This document shows positions 1 to 12,896 of a stretch of 64,000 nucleotides of DNA, in pieces. The translations under genes and the position numbers were made by a program. The DNA is taken from the NCBI RefSeq assembly GCF_030013205.1, contig NZ_CP122648.1, one strand, 5' to 3'. The notes beneath the pieces are model-generated. The model saw only the letters and a list, made by a program, of their open reading frames with translations, was not told where the DNA came from and searched no databases. Each line of letters begins with the position of its first letter. Positions within the stretch are counted from its first letter, which is position 1. This stretch comes from Escherichia coli. GTDB lineage: Bacteria > Pseudomonadota > Gammaproteobacteria > Enterobacterales > Enterobacteriaceae.

Positions 1-414
1 TAAGTAATGCTTTAAATGCTTTAACTAGTTCTTCTTGCTTAGCCGAGCTTCGCATAAGTCACCCGATATGGTGGTTGATACAACATTATTGTGCATACAG
101 ATGAATTTTTATGCAAACAGTCAGCCCTGAAGAAGGCTGAAATAATGTTATGAAAGAGCGGGATTTTATCAAATTTCGTTATTGAGAAACATGCCTGCGT
201 CACGGCATGCAAATTCTGCTTAAAAGTAAATTAATTGTTATCAAATTGATGTTGTTTTGGCTGAACGGTAGGGTATATTGTCACCACCTGTTGGAATGTT
301 GCGCTAATGCATAAGCGACTGTTAATTACGTAAGTTAGGTTCCTGATTACGGCAATTAAATGCATAAACGCTAAACTTGCGTGACTACACATTCTTGAGA
401 TGTGGTCATTGTAA

Positions 415-1428
<1,014 letters not shown>

Positions 1429-1444
1429 TTGATTAGCGGATAAT

Positions 1445-1474
1445 AAAAAACCGGAGCACAGACTCCGGTTTTTT
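1445..1474. terminator. bidirectional intrinsic terminator after mdh
   Basis: perfect hairpin ccggagcacagactccgg flanked by A6 and T6 runs immediately after the mdh stop. Confidence 0.7.
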
Positions 1475-1477
1475 GTT

Positions 1478-2150
1478 GTGCACAGAAAACCCCCAGCTAG
1501 GCTGGGGGTTCCGGAAAGCTTTCAGCTTTGAGCCAGTTATTAAAACCCCTTTTGATTTGTTAAAACACCTTGCGGTCTGGCAACTGCAAGTGTCAAACAA
1601 GAAATCAAAAGGGGGTCCCAATGGGGAACGAAAAGAGCTTAGCGCACACCCGATGGAACTGTAAATATCACATAGTTTTTGCGCCAAAATACCGAAGACA
1701 GGTGTTCTACAGAGAGAAGCGTAGAGCAATAGGCAGTATTTTGAGAAAGCTGTGTGAGTGGAAAAGCGTACGGATTCTGGAAGCTGAATGCTGTGCAGAT
1801 CATATCCATATGCTTGTGGAGATCCCGCCCAAAATGAGCGTATCCGGGTTTATGGGATATCTGAAAGGGAAAAGCAGTCTGATGCTTTACGAGCAGTTTG
1901 GTGATTTGAAATTCAAATACAGGAACAGGGAGTTCTGGTGCAGAGGGTACTACGTCGATACAGTGGGTAAGAACACGGCGAAGATACAGGATTACATAAA
2001 GCACCAGCTTGAAGAGGATAAAATGGGAGAGCAGTTATCGATTCCCTATCCGGGCAGCCCGTTTACGGGCCGTAAGTAACGAAGTTGGATGCAAATGTCA
2101 GATCGTGTGCGCCTGTTAGGGCGCGGCTGGTAAGAGAGCCTTATAGGCGC
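1478..2150 (+). mobile_element. IS200-like insertion sequence (IS200/IS605 family); boundaries approximate
   Basis: carries a 152-aa Y1/HUH transposase ORF; perfect hairpin aaacccccagctaggctgggggtt near the left side; sits between two convergent-gene terminators; exact ends not determinable without a reference. Confidence 0.6.
1621..2079 (+). CDS. tnpA: IS200-type transposase TnpA (HUH/Y1 family)
   Basis: 152 aa from internal ATG of track ORF 1570..2079: MGNEKSLAHTRWNCKYHIVFAPKYRR... with HIH motif (ADHIHMLVEIPP); near-identical to IS200 TnpA as I recall it. Confidence 0.9.
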   Translation: MGNEKSLAHTRWNCKYHIVFAPKYRRQVFYREKRRAIGSILRKLCEWKSVRILEAECCADHIHMLVEIPPKMSVSGFMGYLKGKSSLMLYEQFGDLKFKYRNREFWCRGYYVDTVGKNTAKIQDYIKHQLEEDKMGEQLSIPYPGSPFTGRK

Positions 2151-2202
2151 ATTTGAAAAACCTCCGGCTATGCCGGAGGATATTTATTTTTGAGCGCACG
2201 AC

Positions 2203-3270
2203 TTAATTGGTTGCCGGATATTCCTGAATGGTGACCTGCAGCGTTAACTGCTTATCATCACGCATCACTACAACCGGGATCACCGAGCCAGGGCGAATTT
2301 CCGCCACCTGATCCATCGTCTCCAGAGCAGAGATGGCCGGTTTGTTATCCACCGAAATAATCAAATCGTTGACCTGAATACCCGCATTCGCCGCCGGGCC
2401 GTCAGGTGACACTTCATTAACCACGATCCCTTGCAGTTGATCTATACCACCGCCCTGCGCGTGCAGTGGTGCGATCTCACGTCCGCCGATACCAATGTAG
2501 CCGCGGATCACGCGACCATCGCGGATCAGCTTATCCATAATTTTGGTTGCTAACTGGAAAGGAATCGCAAAGCCGATGCCTTCCGGCGTTTCGCCATCGT
2601 TACTCTTATCAAACGACAGCGTGTTAATGCCCATCAGTTCGCCCAGCGAGTTCACCAGCGCGCCGCCAGAGTTACCGTGGTTAATGGAAGCATCTGTTTG
2701 CAGGAAGTTTTGCCGCCCGGTCGGGTTCAGACCAATTCGACCCGTGGCACTAATAATCCCCTGGGTAATGGTCTGCCCGAGGTTGTATGGGTTACCGATC
2801 GCCAGTACCACGTCACCAATGTGCGGTACGCGACGTGCATTGATTGGAATGGTAGGTAAACCGCCAGTGGCATTAATTTTAAGTACCGCCAGATCGGTTA
2901 GAGAGTCAGATCCCACCAGCAATGCTTCAAATACACGTCCATCCTGTAAGGCGACGATGATCTGATCGGCGTCGTTGATGACGTGTTTATTGGTGATGAT
3001 ATAACCGCGTTGATCCATGATTACACCGGATCCCAGGGTGCGGATCTCAAGCTGGTTGTGAGAGTTGGTGTTCAAACCACGGTTGTAAACGTTAACCACC
3101 GCTGGCGCGGCGCGGCGAACCGCCAGATTATAGCTGGCAGGCGTCTCATCGGTACTGTCAAATTGCGGAGTGGAAAGCGGGTTAAGGCTGCGCAGCGAAG
3201 GCATGGCAACCAGCAGAATAGCGCCGACAATTAATCCAATCGCAACGGAACGTAAGAGCTTCACAAACAT
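2203..3270 (-). CDS. degS: periplasmic serine endoprotease DegS
   Basis: 355 aa, MFVKLLRSVAIGLIVGAILL..., trypsin-like protease plus PDZ; matches E. coli DegS. Confidence 0.96.
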   Translation of the reverse strand: MFVKLLRSVAIGLIVGAILLVAMPSLRSLNPLSTPQFDSTDETPASYNLAVRRAAPAVVNVYNRGLNTNSHNQLEIRTLGSGVIMDQRGYIITNKHVINDADQIIVALQDGRVFEALLVGSDSLTDLAVLKINATGGLPTIPINARRVPHIGDVVLAIGNPYNLGQTITQGIISATGRIGLNPTGRQNFLQTDASINHGNSGGALVNSLGELMGINTLSFDKSNDGETPEGIGFAIPFQLATKIMDKLIRDGRVIRGYIGIGGREIAPLHAQGGGIDQLQGIVVNEVSPDGPAANAGIQVNDLIISVDNKPAISALETMDQVAEIRPGSVIPVVVMRDDKQLTLQVTIQEYPATN

Positions 3271-3359
3271 GATGGAGGCGTCATTAAAAAAGGGAACGGC
3301 AGCAGCATACCACGAGTTAACCGGACATCACACGTCAGCCTGATGCCCGGTTTACGACA

Positions 3360-4727
3360 TTAACGCATCAGCAGATAGATGCTTTCATTGCCGCGTACAA
3401 TTTGCAGGGCGATGATGGCCGGTTTTGCCGCCAGCACTTTACGCATTTCAGCAATCGAGTTCACCCGATCGCGGTTGACGCCAATGATCACATCGTCTTT
3501 TTGCAAGCCAGCCTGAGCAGCTGGGCTTCCTTTGACAACCTCATCGATCTTAATACCTTTGCCGCCATCTTTTAGCTGACCATCGCTCAACGTTGCACCT
3601 TCAAGCGCTGGCGTGATCATTTCAGCGCTGGCCGACGAAGAGGTGCTGGTATCGAGCGTCACTTCTACTTCCAGTGGTTTGCCGTTACGCAGCAGGCCAA
3701 GCTTCACTTTCGTGCCCGGCTCGGTGGTTGCGATACGAGAGCGCAACTCAGCAAAGCTATTCAGCGGTTTGCCGTTGAGGCTGGTAATAATATCGCCCGC
3801 TTTGACGCCCGCTTTTGCCGAGCCAGAACCTGGCAACACTTCGCTGACAAACGCGCCACGCTGCACGTCAAGGTTGAAGGCTTTGGCGATATCGGCACTC
3901 ATCTCGGTGCCTTTGATGCCTAACAAACCGCGTTTGATTTCACCAAAGTCGATAAGCTGCTGCGCCAGTGTTCGCGCCATATTACTGGGGATGGCAAATC
4001 CAATCCCGACGCTCCCGCCGCCAGGCGCAAGGATTGCAGTGTTGATGCCAATTAACTCACCGTTAAGGTTTAACAGTGCACCGCCGGAGTTACCGCGGTT
4101 AATGGAAGCATCTGTCTGGATAAAGTTTTCCAGACCTTCAAGATTCAACCCACTGCGGCCTAATGCGGAAACAATGCCAGAGGTGGCGGTTTGCCCAAGG
4201 CCAAATGGGTTACCGACCGCCACGGCAAAATCACCGACGCGCAATTTATCGGAGTCGGCAATAGCGATTTGCGTTAATTTGCTCGGGTTTTGAATTTGCA
4301 ACAGGGCGATATCGCTCTGGTCATCGCTACCAATCAGTTTTGCATCAAACTCGCGCCCATCATTGAGCTGAATACTGATTTTCTGTGCCTGATTAATCAC
4401 ATGGTTGTTAGTCAGCACATAGCCTTTACTGGCGTTGATGATGACACCGGAGCCTAAACCTTCGAAGGGTTGTGCCGGTTGATCCGGTAAATCATCACCA
4501 AAAAACTTTTTGAATTCTTCCGGGATTTTCTGTCCCTGACTGGCCGTTCCTTCCACCCGTACGCTCACCACTGCCGGAAGCACTTTTTCCAGCATTGGGG
4601 CCAGACTGGGGAGGGGGGCCTGATCGGCAACCTGGCCTGGAATCGACGCGACGGCCTGAAATGACGCCGAGAGAGTTAACCCGACACTTAACGCTAATGC
4701 ACTCAACAGCTGGGTTTGTTTTTTCAT
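3360..4727 (-). CDS. degQ: periplasmic serine endoprotease DegQ
   Basis: 455 aa from MKKQTQLLSALALSVGL (track ORF has upstream extension); protease plus two PDZ domains. Confidence 0.95.
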   Translation of the reverse strand: MKKQTQLLSALALSVGLTLSASFQAVASIPGQVADQAPLPSLAPMLEKVLPAVVSVRVEGTASQGQKIPEEFKKFFGDDLPDQPAQPFEGLGSGVIINASKGYVLTNNHVINQAQKISIQLNDGREFDAKLIGSDDQSDIALLQIQNPSKLTQIAIADSDKLRVGDFAVAVGNPFGLGQTATSGIVSALGRSGLNLEGLENFIQTDASINRGNSGGALLNLNGELIGINTAILAPGGGSVGIGFAIPSNMARTLAQQLIDFGEIKRGLLGIKGTEMSADIAKAFNLDVQRGAFVSEVLPGSGSAKAGVKAGDIITSLNGKPLNSFAELRSRIATTEPGTKVKLGLLRNGKPLEVEVTLDTSTSSSASAEMITPALEGATLSDGQLKDGGKGIKIDEVVKGSPAAQAGLQKDDVIIGVNRDRVNSIAEMRKVLAAKPAIIALQIVRGNESIYLLMR

Positions 4728-4880
4728 TATTCCTGCTCTCGTACCTGAATGATAAGAAAAGAGATTCAAAACAGTTTGATGTTATTGAATTTTCAGACGG
4801 CTAACAATGAGACACCAGATTAAATGATAGTCGGGGAGGGAGAGAAGAGGAGGGCGCAATGGCTGCGCCCGAAAAATAAA

Positions 4881-5279
4881 TTAGTCGCGCTTCGCGCCAG
4901 TACGCAGCAGGCCGGACGCGCCTTCAGAATAGTCGCGAGGCATCTGCACCGGTGCCTGATCGTTGCTGGCTTCAGACTCTGCCAGACGATTACGGAACGG
5001 GTTTGCTTCAGCAGACAGTTCCGGCAGCAGGCTGCTGGAGCTTTTCGCCATGTGCTGATACAGCTGGCGATAGTCGTGCGCCATGGTATCCAGTAATTCC
5101 GCGCTGCGGGCAAAGTGGCTAACCAGCTCTTCGCGATACTCGTCCAGTTCAGCTTTATTCTTTTCCAGTTCGTACTGCAACGCCTGTTGCTGGCGTAGTT
5201 TACGATTACCAAAACGCATGGCCACAGCACCAATAATGATGCCGACGACTAACCCAATTAGCGCATATTCCCAGGTCAT
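4881..5279 (-). CDS. zapG: inner-membrane cell-division associated protein ZapG/YhcB
   Basis: 132 aa from MTWEYALIGLVVGIIIGAV; N-terminal TM helix then coiled coil; matches YhcB. Confidence 0.92.
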   Translation of the reverse strand: MTWEYALIGLVVGIIIGAVAMRFGNRKLRQQQALQYELEKNKAELDEYREELVSHFARSAELLDTMAHDYRQLYQHMAKSSSSLLPELSAEANPFRNRLAESEASNDQAPVQMPRDYSEGASGLLRTGAKRD

Positions 5280-5472
5280 GAACATCTCCCGTTGTCTTTT
5301 GTTTCCGTAGGGTGTTGGCTTCAGGCTCCATGCCTGCGGCTGATTATGCCACTATAACCGTTAATTCCACAGAAGTGGAATCCCGACTGCATATCGCGTA
5401 GTGTAGAACGGCCTTTTTTTCGTCAACCGTGAACAACGGCGCACCGATTATTCAAGGAATAACAATAAGATC

Positions 5473-6600
5473 ATGCAAAGCGTTACCCCAACATCGCAAT
5501 ACCTGAAGGCGCTCAATGAAGGCAGCCATCAACCCGACGACGTTCAAAAAGAGGCCGTCAGCCGCCTGGAAATTATTTATCAGGAACTCATCAATAGCAC
5601 GCCTCCAGCCCCCAGGACGAGTGGGCTAATGGCGCGGGTCGGTAAGCTGTGGGGTAAACGCGAAGACACAAAGCATACGCCAGTGCGTGGCTTATATATG
5701 TGGGGCGGTGTAGGACGCGGGAAAACCTGGCTGATGGACCTTTTCTATCAAAGCCTGCCGGGAGAGCGGAAACAGCGTCTGCACTTTCACCGTTTTATGC
5801 TGCGGGTGCACGAAGAGCTGACCGAATTACAAGGCCAAAGCGATCCGCTGGAAATTATTGCCGATCGCTTTAAAGCAGAAACTGACGTGCTCTGTTTTGA
5901 CGAATTTTTTGTTTCTGATATTACCGATGCCATGCTACTTGGCGGTCTGATGAAAGCCCTGTTCGCCCGCGGTATTACCCTGGTAGCGACGTCAAATATT
6001 CCGCCGGACGAACTTTATCGAAATGGCCTACAACGTGCGCGTTTTTTGCCTGCAATCGATGCCATTAAACAGCATTGTGATGTAATGAACGTGGACGCTG
6101 GTGTTGATTATCGACTGCGTACACTCACTCAGGCGCATCTGTGGCTTTCGCCCCTCAACGATGAAATCCGGGCGCAAATGGATAAACTATGGTTGGCGCT
6201 GGCGGGGGCGAAACGAGAAAATTCACCGACGTTAGAAATCAACCATCGGCCATTGGCGACAATGGGCGTCGAGAACCAGACGCTGGCGGTCTCTTTTACT
6301 ACGCTGTGCGTCGACGCCCGCAGTCAGCATGACTATATTGCGCTCTCACGCCTCTTTCATACGGTCATGTTGTTTGATGTACCAGTTATGACTCGGTTGA
6401 TGGAGAGTGAAGCGCGGCGCTTTATTGCGCTGGTGGATGAGTTTTACGAGCGCCATGTCAAATTAGTGGTGAGTGCAGAAGTGCCGCTATATGACATTTA
6501 TCAGGGCGAGCGGCTGGAATTTGAGTTCCTGCGTTGCCTGTCACGTCTGCAAGAGATGCAAAGCGAAGAGTATCTGAAGCGCGAGCATTTAGCGGGTTAA
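5473..6600 (+). CDS. zapE: AFG1-like ATPase ZapE
   Basis: 375 aa with Walker A GGVGRGKT; matches E. coli ZapE (YhcM). Confidence 0.93.
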   Translation: MQSVTPTSQYLKALNEGSHQPDDVQKEAVSRLEIIYQELINSTPPAPRTSGLMARVGKLWGKREDTKHTPVRGLYMWGGVGRGKTWLMDLFYQSLPGERKQRLHFHRFMLRVHEELTELQGQSDPLEIIADRFKAETDVLCFDEFFVSDITDAMLLGGLMKALFARGITLVATSNIPPDELYRNGLQRARFLPAIDAIKQHCDVMNVDAGVDYRLRTLTQAHLWLSPLNDEIRAQMDKLWLALAGAKRENSPTLEINHRPLATMGVENQTLAVSFTTLCVDARSQHDYIALSRLFHTVMLFDVPVMTRLMESEARRFIALVDEFYERHVKLVVSAEVPLYDIYQGERLEFEFLRCLSRLQEMQSEEYLKREHLAG

Positions 6601-6731
6601 AACCTGCCACAAATCACAAAAAGGGGTCGATCTTTGACCCCGACTTCTCTATAATCCTGCGACCCCACGTTACAAGAAAGTTTTTTTCCCAAAACTTTTT
6701 GTGTGCTGGCATAGGCTATTCGAAGGGGTAG

Positions 6732-7247
<516 letters not shown>

Positions 7248-7259
7248 TCGGGATTATAG

Positions 7260-7655
<396 letters not shown>

Positions 7656-7687
7656 TTGGCTTCTGCTCCGGCAGAAAACAATTTGCG

Positions 7688-7716
7688 AAAAAACCCGCTT
7701 CGGCGGGTTTTTTTAT
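7688..7716 (+). terminator. intrinsic terminator after rplM-rpsI
   Basis: aaaaaacccgcttcggcgggttttttt hairpin plus U-run downstream of the rpsI stop. Confidence 0.75.
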
Positions 7717-8049
7717 GGCTAAATTCTGAATCAGCGTAAAAAATGGAAAGTTGCTTTTTGCTGCCGTCTGACAGACAGGCAAAACAAAAACCACATCGCC
7801 AATAAGGGACTAAGTCAACTATTTCAGACTAAAGCGCATCTCTTTTTCCCCATTTCCGGCATCGACTCACCACAAAGGTCGCAAAATCTGGTAAACTATC
7901 ATCCAATTTTCTGCCCAAATGTCGGGTATTGCTCATTTTTTGTTTGATTTTCGAACAAAGAGAGTCGTTCCTTACTGGGTAACACAACTTCTGACTGGCC
8001 ACCTGGTGGCTGGTAGCAGTAAAAATTCTGACTATACCTGGAGGTTTTC

Positions 8050-8688
8050 ATGGCTGTCGCTGCCAACAAACGTTCGGTAATGACGCTGTTTTCCGGTCCT
8101 ACTGACATCTATAGCCATCAGGTCCGCATTGTGCTGGCTGAGAAAGGTGTAAGTTTCGAGATCGAACACGTGGAAAAGGACAATCCGCCTCAGGATCTGA
8201 TTGACCTCAACCCGAATCAGAGCGTTCCGACTCTGGTGGATCGTGAGCTGACCCTGTGGGAATCTCGCATCATTATGGAATATCTGGATGAGCGTTTCCC
8301 GCATCCGCCACTGATGCCTGTTTACCCGGTAGCTCGCGGTGAAAGCCGTCTGTACATGCATCGCATCGAAAAAGACTGGTACACGCTGATGAACACCATC
8401 ATCAACGGTTCAGCTTCTGAAGCAGATGCCGCACGTAAGCAACTGCGCGAAGAACTGCTGGCGATTGCGCCGGTCTTCGGTCAGAAGCCGTACTTCCTGA
8501 GCGATGAGTTCAGCCTGGTCGATTGCTACCTTGCTCCGCTGCTGTGGCGTCTGCCGCAACTGGGTATCGAGTTCAGCGGCCCGGGTGCGAAAGAGCTGAA
8601 AGGCTATATGACCCGCGTCTTTGAGCGTGACTCTTTCCTTGCTTCTTTAACTGAAGCTGAACGTGAAATGCGTCTGGGCCGGAGTTAA
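8050..8688 (+). CDS. sspA: stringent starvation protein A
   Basis: 212 aa MAVAANKRSVMTLFSGPTDIYSHQVRIVLAEKG...; GST-like fold. Confidence 0.96.
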   Translation: MAVAANKRSVMTLFSGPTDIYSHQVRIVLAEKGVSFEIEHVEKDNPPQDLIDLNPNQSVPTLVDRELTLWESRIIMEYLDERFPHPPLMPVYPVARGESRLYMHRIEKDWYTLMNTIINGSASEADAARKQLREELLAIAPVFGQKPYFLSDEFSLVDCYLAPLLWRLPQLGIEFSGPGAKELKGYMTRVFERDSFLASLTEAEREMRLGRS

Positions 8689-8693
8689 TCTGT

Positions 8694-9191
8694 ATGGATT
8701 TGTCACAGCTAACACCACGTCGTCCCTATCTGCTGCGTGCATTCTATGAGTGGTTGCTGGATAACCAGCTCACGCCGCACCTGGTGGTGGATGTGACGCT
8801 CCCTGGCGTGCAGGTTCCTATGGAATATGCGCGTGACGGGCAAATCGTACTCAACATTGCGCCGCGTGCTGTCGGCAATCTGGAACTGGCGAATGATGAG
8901 GTGCGCTTTAACGCGCGCTTTGGTGGCATTCCGCGTCAGGTTTCTGTGCCGCTGGCTGCCGTGCTGGCTATCTACGCCCGTGAAAATGGCGCAGGCACGA
9001 TGTTTGAACCTGAAGCTGCCTACGATGAAGATGCCAGCATCATGAATGATGAAGAGGCATCGGCAGACAACGAAACCGTTATGTCGGTTATTGATGGCGA
9101 CAAGCCAGATCACGATGATGACACTCATCCTGACGATGAACCACCGCAGCCACCACGTGGTGGTCGACCAGCATTACGCGTTGTGAAGTAA
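8694..9191 (+). CDS. sspB: ClpXP specificity-enhancing adaptor SspB
   Basis: 165 aa MDLSQLTPRRPYLLRAFYEWLLDNQLTPHLVV... with acidic C-terminal tail ending ALRVVK. Confidence 0.96.
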   Translation: MDLSQLTPRRPYLLRAFYEWLLDNQLTPHLVVDVTLPGVQVPMEYARDGQIVLNIAPRAVGNLELANDEVRFNARFGGIPRQVSVPLAAVLAIYARENGAGTMFEPEAAYDEDASIMNDEEASADNETVMSVIDGDKPDHDDDTHPDDEPPQPPRGGRPALRVVK

Positions 9192-9195
9192 TACT

Positions 9196-9228
9196 AAAAC
9201 AGGCCCTGGCGGCCTGTTTTGTCTTTTT
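9196..9228. terminator. bidirectional terminator between sspB and dcuD
   Basis: aaaacaggccctggcggcctgtttt hairpin with flanking A/T runs between convergent genes. Confidence 0.65.
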
Positions 9229-9234
9229 AATCGC

Positions 9235-10602
9235 TTAATAAAATAGCGTGATAGTGGCAATCATATTCACCACGAAACCGACTGCCATGGGGATCGCTGT
9301 CCGCTTCACTACCGCAAAAGGCGAAACGCCTGCAATTCCTGACGTAACGACCACCACCGCAGTAATCGGCGAAACAGCGCGCGCTAGCGTCGTGGCAAAA
9401 TGCATCGGCATAATCATTACAACCGCTGGTACATGTAGTCCGGCTGCGATATTCGGAATAAGACTGGCAAATGACATAAACGGCGCATTGCCTGAGCCCA
9501 TCACAATGGCACAAATGGCAATGACCAGCGCCATAATAATCATCACGCCAATACCGCCCAGACCAGAATGCTCCGCCCCCCTGATAACCGCATCGACAGT
9601 GCCAATCGTCGTTAAGCCTTTCGCAAATATTTCACCCGCGACCACCAGCGTTACCACGTTGGCAAACTGCGTACCCATGCCATCAAAAAACGCCTGCACA
9701 TCGTCCATTGTTTCGCGCAAGTTATGCTTGCGGAAGAACTCAACAAACATCGTCACCGTCAAACTCAGTAACATCACCACCACCAGATGCAGTTCTGACT
9801 GCATCAGCCCGACGTGGGCAAGGAACAGCGAGCCGAGCATCAGGATTAACGGCATCACCGGTAAAATGGCGTAATAGAGCGGCGGGACATTATCGAGAGC
9901 TTTTTGCTCTGCCTGTTCGTGATTGATATTTTTATCTTTTTTGTCGAAAGCGCGTTGCACGAAAAAGTGGGAGATCGCCACCGAGATAATGACGCAAGAG
10001 GCGACCGGAAGCTGGTAGTGGAAGAAGTAAGTGGCAATTTTCATTCCTGCGACCTGGGCAGCAAAAATGGAGTTCGTTTCCAGAATCCCCCACTCAATGG
10101 ACATGGTGGTTGCGATAACCGCCACCGCAGAGAGACTACTTACTCCCAGACTCACCAGCGTCGGAAATAAGGTGACCATCAGCAACATACCCAGACCGGA
10201 GGCGCTGGTAATAAACTGCGCCATGATTTGGCCGATGACGTAAGTTGCCGACAGAATAATATACGGCGAGCGAATGAGTTTTAACGGGCGGCTTAACAAG
10301 CTCACCATCGCGCGACTTGCCCCTATGCGCTCCATATAGCGGGCATAACCGCCCACTGCCATAATCGACAGCCCCAATCCGGCAATGCGGTTGGACAGCA
10401 TGCGCAGGATTTCATTATAAATATCGACGATCAAGTAGCCGCTGCTTTTGGCGGGATCGAGCACACCACCGAACCCTAACCAGACACCGCACATCATCAG
10501 GAAGATACCTGCGGCAGCCAGCACCACCTGAGGTTTGTAGTTTTTCAGGATCAAATAGCCCATCGTAATTAATACGATGACAGATATAATTATGCCGAAC
10601 AT
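9235..10602 (-). CDS. dcuD: C4-dicarboxylate transporter family protein DcuD
   Basis: 455 aa from [25 protein letters not shown] (internal ATG; track ORF starts at an upstream TTG); polytopic membrane protein. Confidence 0.9.
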   Translation of the reverse strand: MFGIIISVIVLITMGYLILKNYKPQVVLAAAGIFLMMCGVWLGFGGVLDPAKSSGYLIVDIYNEILRMLSNRIAGLGLSIMAVGGYARYMERIGASRAMVSLLSRPLKLIRSPYIILSATYVIGQIMAQFITSASGLGMLLMVTLFPTLVSLGVSSLSAVAVIATTMSIEWGILETNSIFAAQVAGMKIATYFFHYQLPVASCVIISVAISHFFVQRAFDKKDKNINHEQAEQKALDNVPPLYYAILPVMPLILMLGSLFLAHVGLMQSELHLVVVMLLSLTVTMFVEFFRKHNLRETMDDVQAFFDGMGTQFANVVTLVVAGEIFAKGLTTIGTVDAVIRGAEHSGLGGIGVMIIMALVIAICAIVMGSGNAPFMSFASLIPNIAAGLHVPAVVMIMPMHFATTLARAVSPITAVVVVTSGIAGVSPFAVVKRTAIPMAVGFVVNMIATITLFY

Positions 10603-10981
10603 TGTTGAACTCCGTGTCAAAAGAAAACGGTCAATCCCATAAACGGCAGATTGAAAACAATGATGTTATATTTTTTGCAAGGCTATTTATGGTGCGGATG
10701 TCGTGTTTTTAATTGTAGGTGAGGTGATTTTTCATTAAAAAATATGCGCTTATGATTATTTTGTAAGAACACATTTATAATATTCATAATGCTCGTGAAT
10801 AGTCTTATAAATAATTCAATCGGGATGTTTTTATCTGCGTTACATTAATTTTTCGCAATAGTTAATTATTCCGTTAATTATGGTAATGATGAGGCACAAA
10901 GAGAAAACCCTGCCATTTTCCCCTACTTTCAATCCTGTGATAGGATGTCACTGATGATGTTAATCACACTGACCTTACAGA

Positions 10982-11773
10982 ATGGGCCTTATGAACGCAT
11001 TTGATTCGCAAACCGAAGATTCTTCACCTGCAATTGGTCGCAACTTGCGTAGCCGCCCGCTGGCGCGTAAAAAACTCTCCGAAATGGTGGAAGAAGAGCT
11101 GGAACAGATGATCCGCCGTCGTGAATTTGGCGAAGGTGAACAATTACCGTCTGAACGCGAACTGATGGCGTTCTTTAACGTCGGGCGTCCTTCGGTGCGC
11201 GAAGCGCTGGCAGCGTTAAAACGCAAAGGTCTGGTGCAGATAAACAACGGCGAACGCGCTCGCGTCTCACGTCCTTCTGCGGACACCATCATCGGCGAGC
11301 TTTCCGGCATGGCGAAAGATTTCCTTTCTCATCCTGGCGGGATTGCCCATTTCGAACAATTACGTCTGTTCTTTGAATCCAGCCTGGTGCGCTATGCGGC
11401 TGAACACGCCACCGATGAACAAATCGATTTGCTGGCAAAAGCACTGGAAATCAACAGTCAGTCGCTGGATAACAACGCGGCATTCATTCGCTCAGACGTT
11501 GATTTCCACCGCGTTCTGGCGGAGATCCCCGGTAACCCAATCTTCATGGCGATCCACGTTGCTCTGCTCGACTGGCTGATCGCCGCACGTCCAACCGTGG
11601 CTGATCAGGCTCTGCACGAGCATAACAACGTTAGCTATCAACAGCATATTGCGATCGTTGACGCGATCCGCCGCCACGATCCCGATGAAGCCGATCGCGC
11701 GTTGCAATCGCATCTCAACAGCGTCTCTGCTACCTGGCACGCCTTCGGTCAGACCACCAACAAAAAGAAATAA
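10982..11773 (+). CDS. nanR: GntR/FadR-family repressor of sialic acid catabolism NanR
   Basis: 263 aa [32 protein letters not shown]...; N-terminal wHTH. Confidence 0.95.
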   Translation: MGLMNAFDSQTEDSSPAIGRNLRSRPLARKKLSEMVEEELEQMIRRREFGEGEQLPSERELMAFFNVGRPSVREALAALKRKGLVQINNGERARVSRPSADTIIGELSGMAKDFLSHPGGIAHFEQLRLFFESSLVRYAAEHATDEQIDLLAKALEINSQSLDNNAAFIRSDVDFHRVLAEIPGNPIFMAIHVALLDWLIAARPTVADQALHEHNNVSYQQHIAIVDAIRRHDPDEADRALQSHLNSVSATWHAFGQTTNKKK

Positions 11774-11836
11774 TGCCACTTTAGTGAAGCAGATCGCATT
11801 ATAAGCTTTCTGTATGGGGTGTTGCTTAATTGATCT

Positions 11837-11859
11837 GGTATAACAGGTATAAAGGTATA
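11837..11859 (+). promoter_or_regulatory. NanR operator: three tandem GGTATA repeats in the nanA promoter
   Basis: ggtataacaggtataaaggtata read directly about 40 bp upstream of the nanA start; matches the known GGTATA-repeat NanR site. Confidence 0.75.
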
Positions 11860-11894
11860 TCGTTTATCAGACAAGCATCACTTCAGAGGTATTT

Positions 11895-12788
11895 ATGGCA
11901 ACGAATTTACGTGGCGTAATGGCCGCACTCCTGACTCCTTTTGACCAACAACAAGCACTGGATAAAGCGAGTCTGCGCCGCCTAGTTCAGTTCAATATTC
12001 AGCAGGGCATCGACGGCTTATACGTGGGTGGTTCGACCGGCGAAGCCTTTGTACAAAGCCTTTCCGAGCGTGAACAGGTACTGGAAATCGTCGCCGAAGA
12101 GGCGAAAGGCAAGATTAAACTCATCGCCCACGTTGGTTGCGTCAGCACTGCTGAAAGCCAACAACTTGCGGCATCGGCTAAACGTTATGGCTTCGATGCC
12201 GTCTCCGCCGTCACGCCGTTCTACTATCCTTTCAGCTTTGAAGAACACTGCGATCACTATCGGGCAATTATTGATTCAGCGGATGGGTTGCCGATGGTGG
12301 TGTACAACATTCCAGCCCTGAGCGGGGTAAAACTGACCCTGGATCAAATCAACACACTTGTTACGTTGCCTGGCGTCGGTGCGCTGAAACAGACTTCTGG
12401 CGATCTCTATCAGATGGAACAGATCCGTCGTGAACATCCTGATCTGGTGCTCTATAACGGTTACGACGAAATCTTCGCCTCTGGTCTTCTGGCGGGCGCT
12501 GATGGTGGTATCGGTAGTACCTACAACATCATGGGCTGGCGTTATCAGGGGATTGTGAAGGCGCTGAAAGAAGGCGATATCCAGACCGCGCAGAAGCTGC
12601 AAACCGAATGTAATAAAGTCATTGATTTACTGATCAAAACGGGCGTATTCCGCGGCCTGAAAACGGTCCTGCATTATATGGATGTCGTTTCTGTGCCGCT
12701 GTGCCGCAAACCGTTTGGACCGGTAGATGAAAAATATCTGCCAGAACTGAAGGCGCTGGCCCAGCAGTTGATGCAAGAGCGCGGGTGA
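11895..12788 (+). CDS. nanA: N-acetylneuraminate lyase
   Basis: 297 aa [31 protein letters not shown]...; class I aldolase. Confidence 0.96.
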
Positions 12789-12896
12789 GTTGTTTCCCCT
12801 CGCTCGCCCCTACCGGGTGAGGGGAAATAAACGCATCTGTACCCTACAATTTTCATACCAAAGCGTGTGGGCATCGCCCACCGCGGGAGACTCACA

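Noticed and set aside
1570-1620. 17-codon N-terminal extension of the IS200 transposase ORF in the track
   Set aside because: The canonical TnpA begins at the ATG at 1621 (MGNEKSLAHTRW…); the extension starts at a non-ATG codon inside the element's left-end structure.
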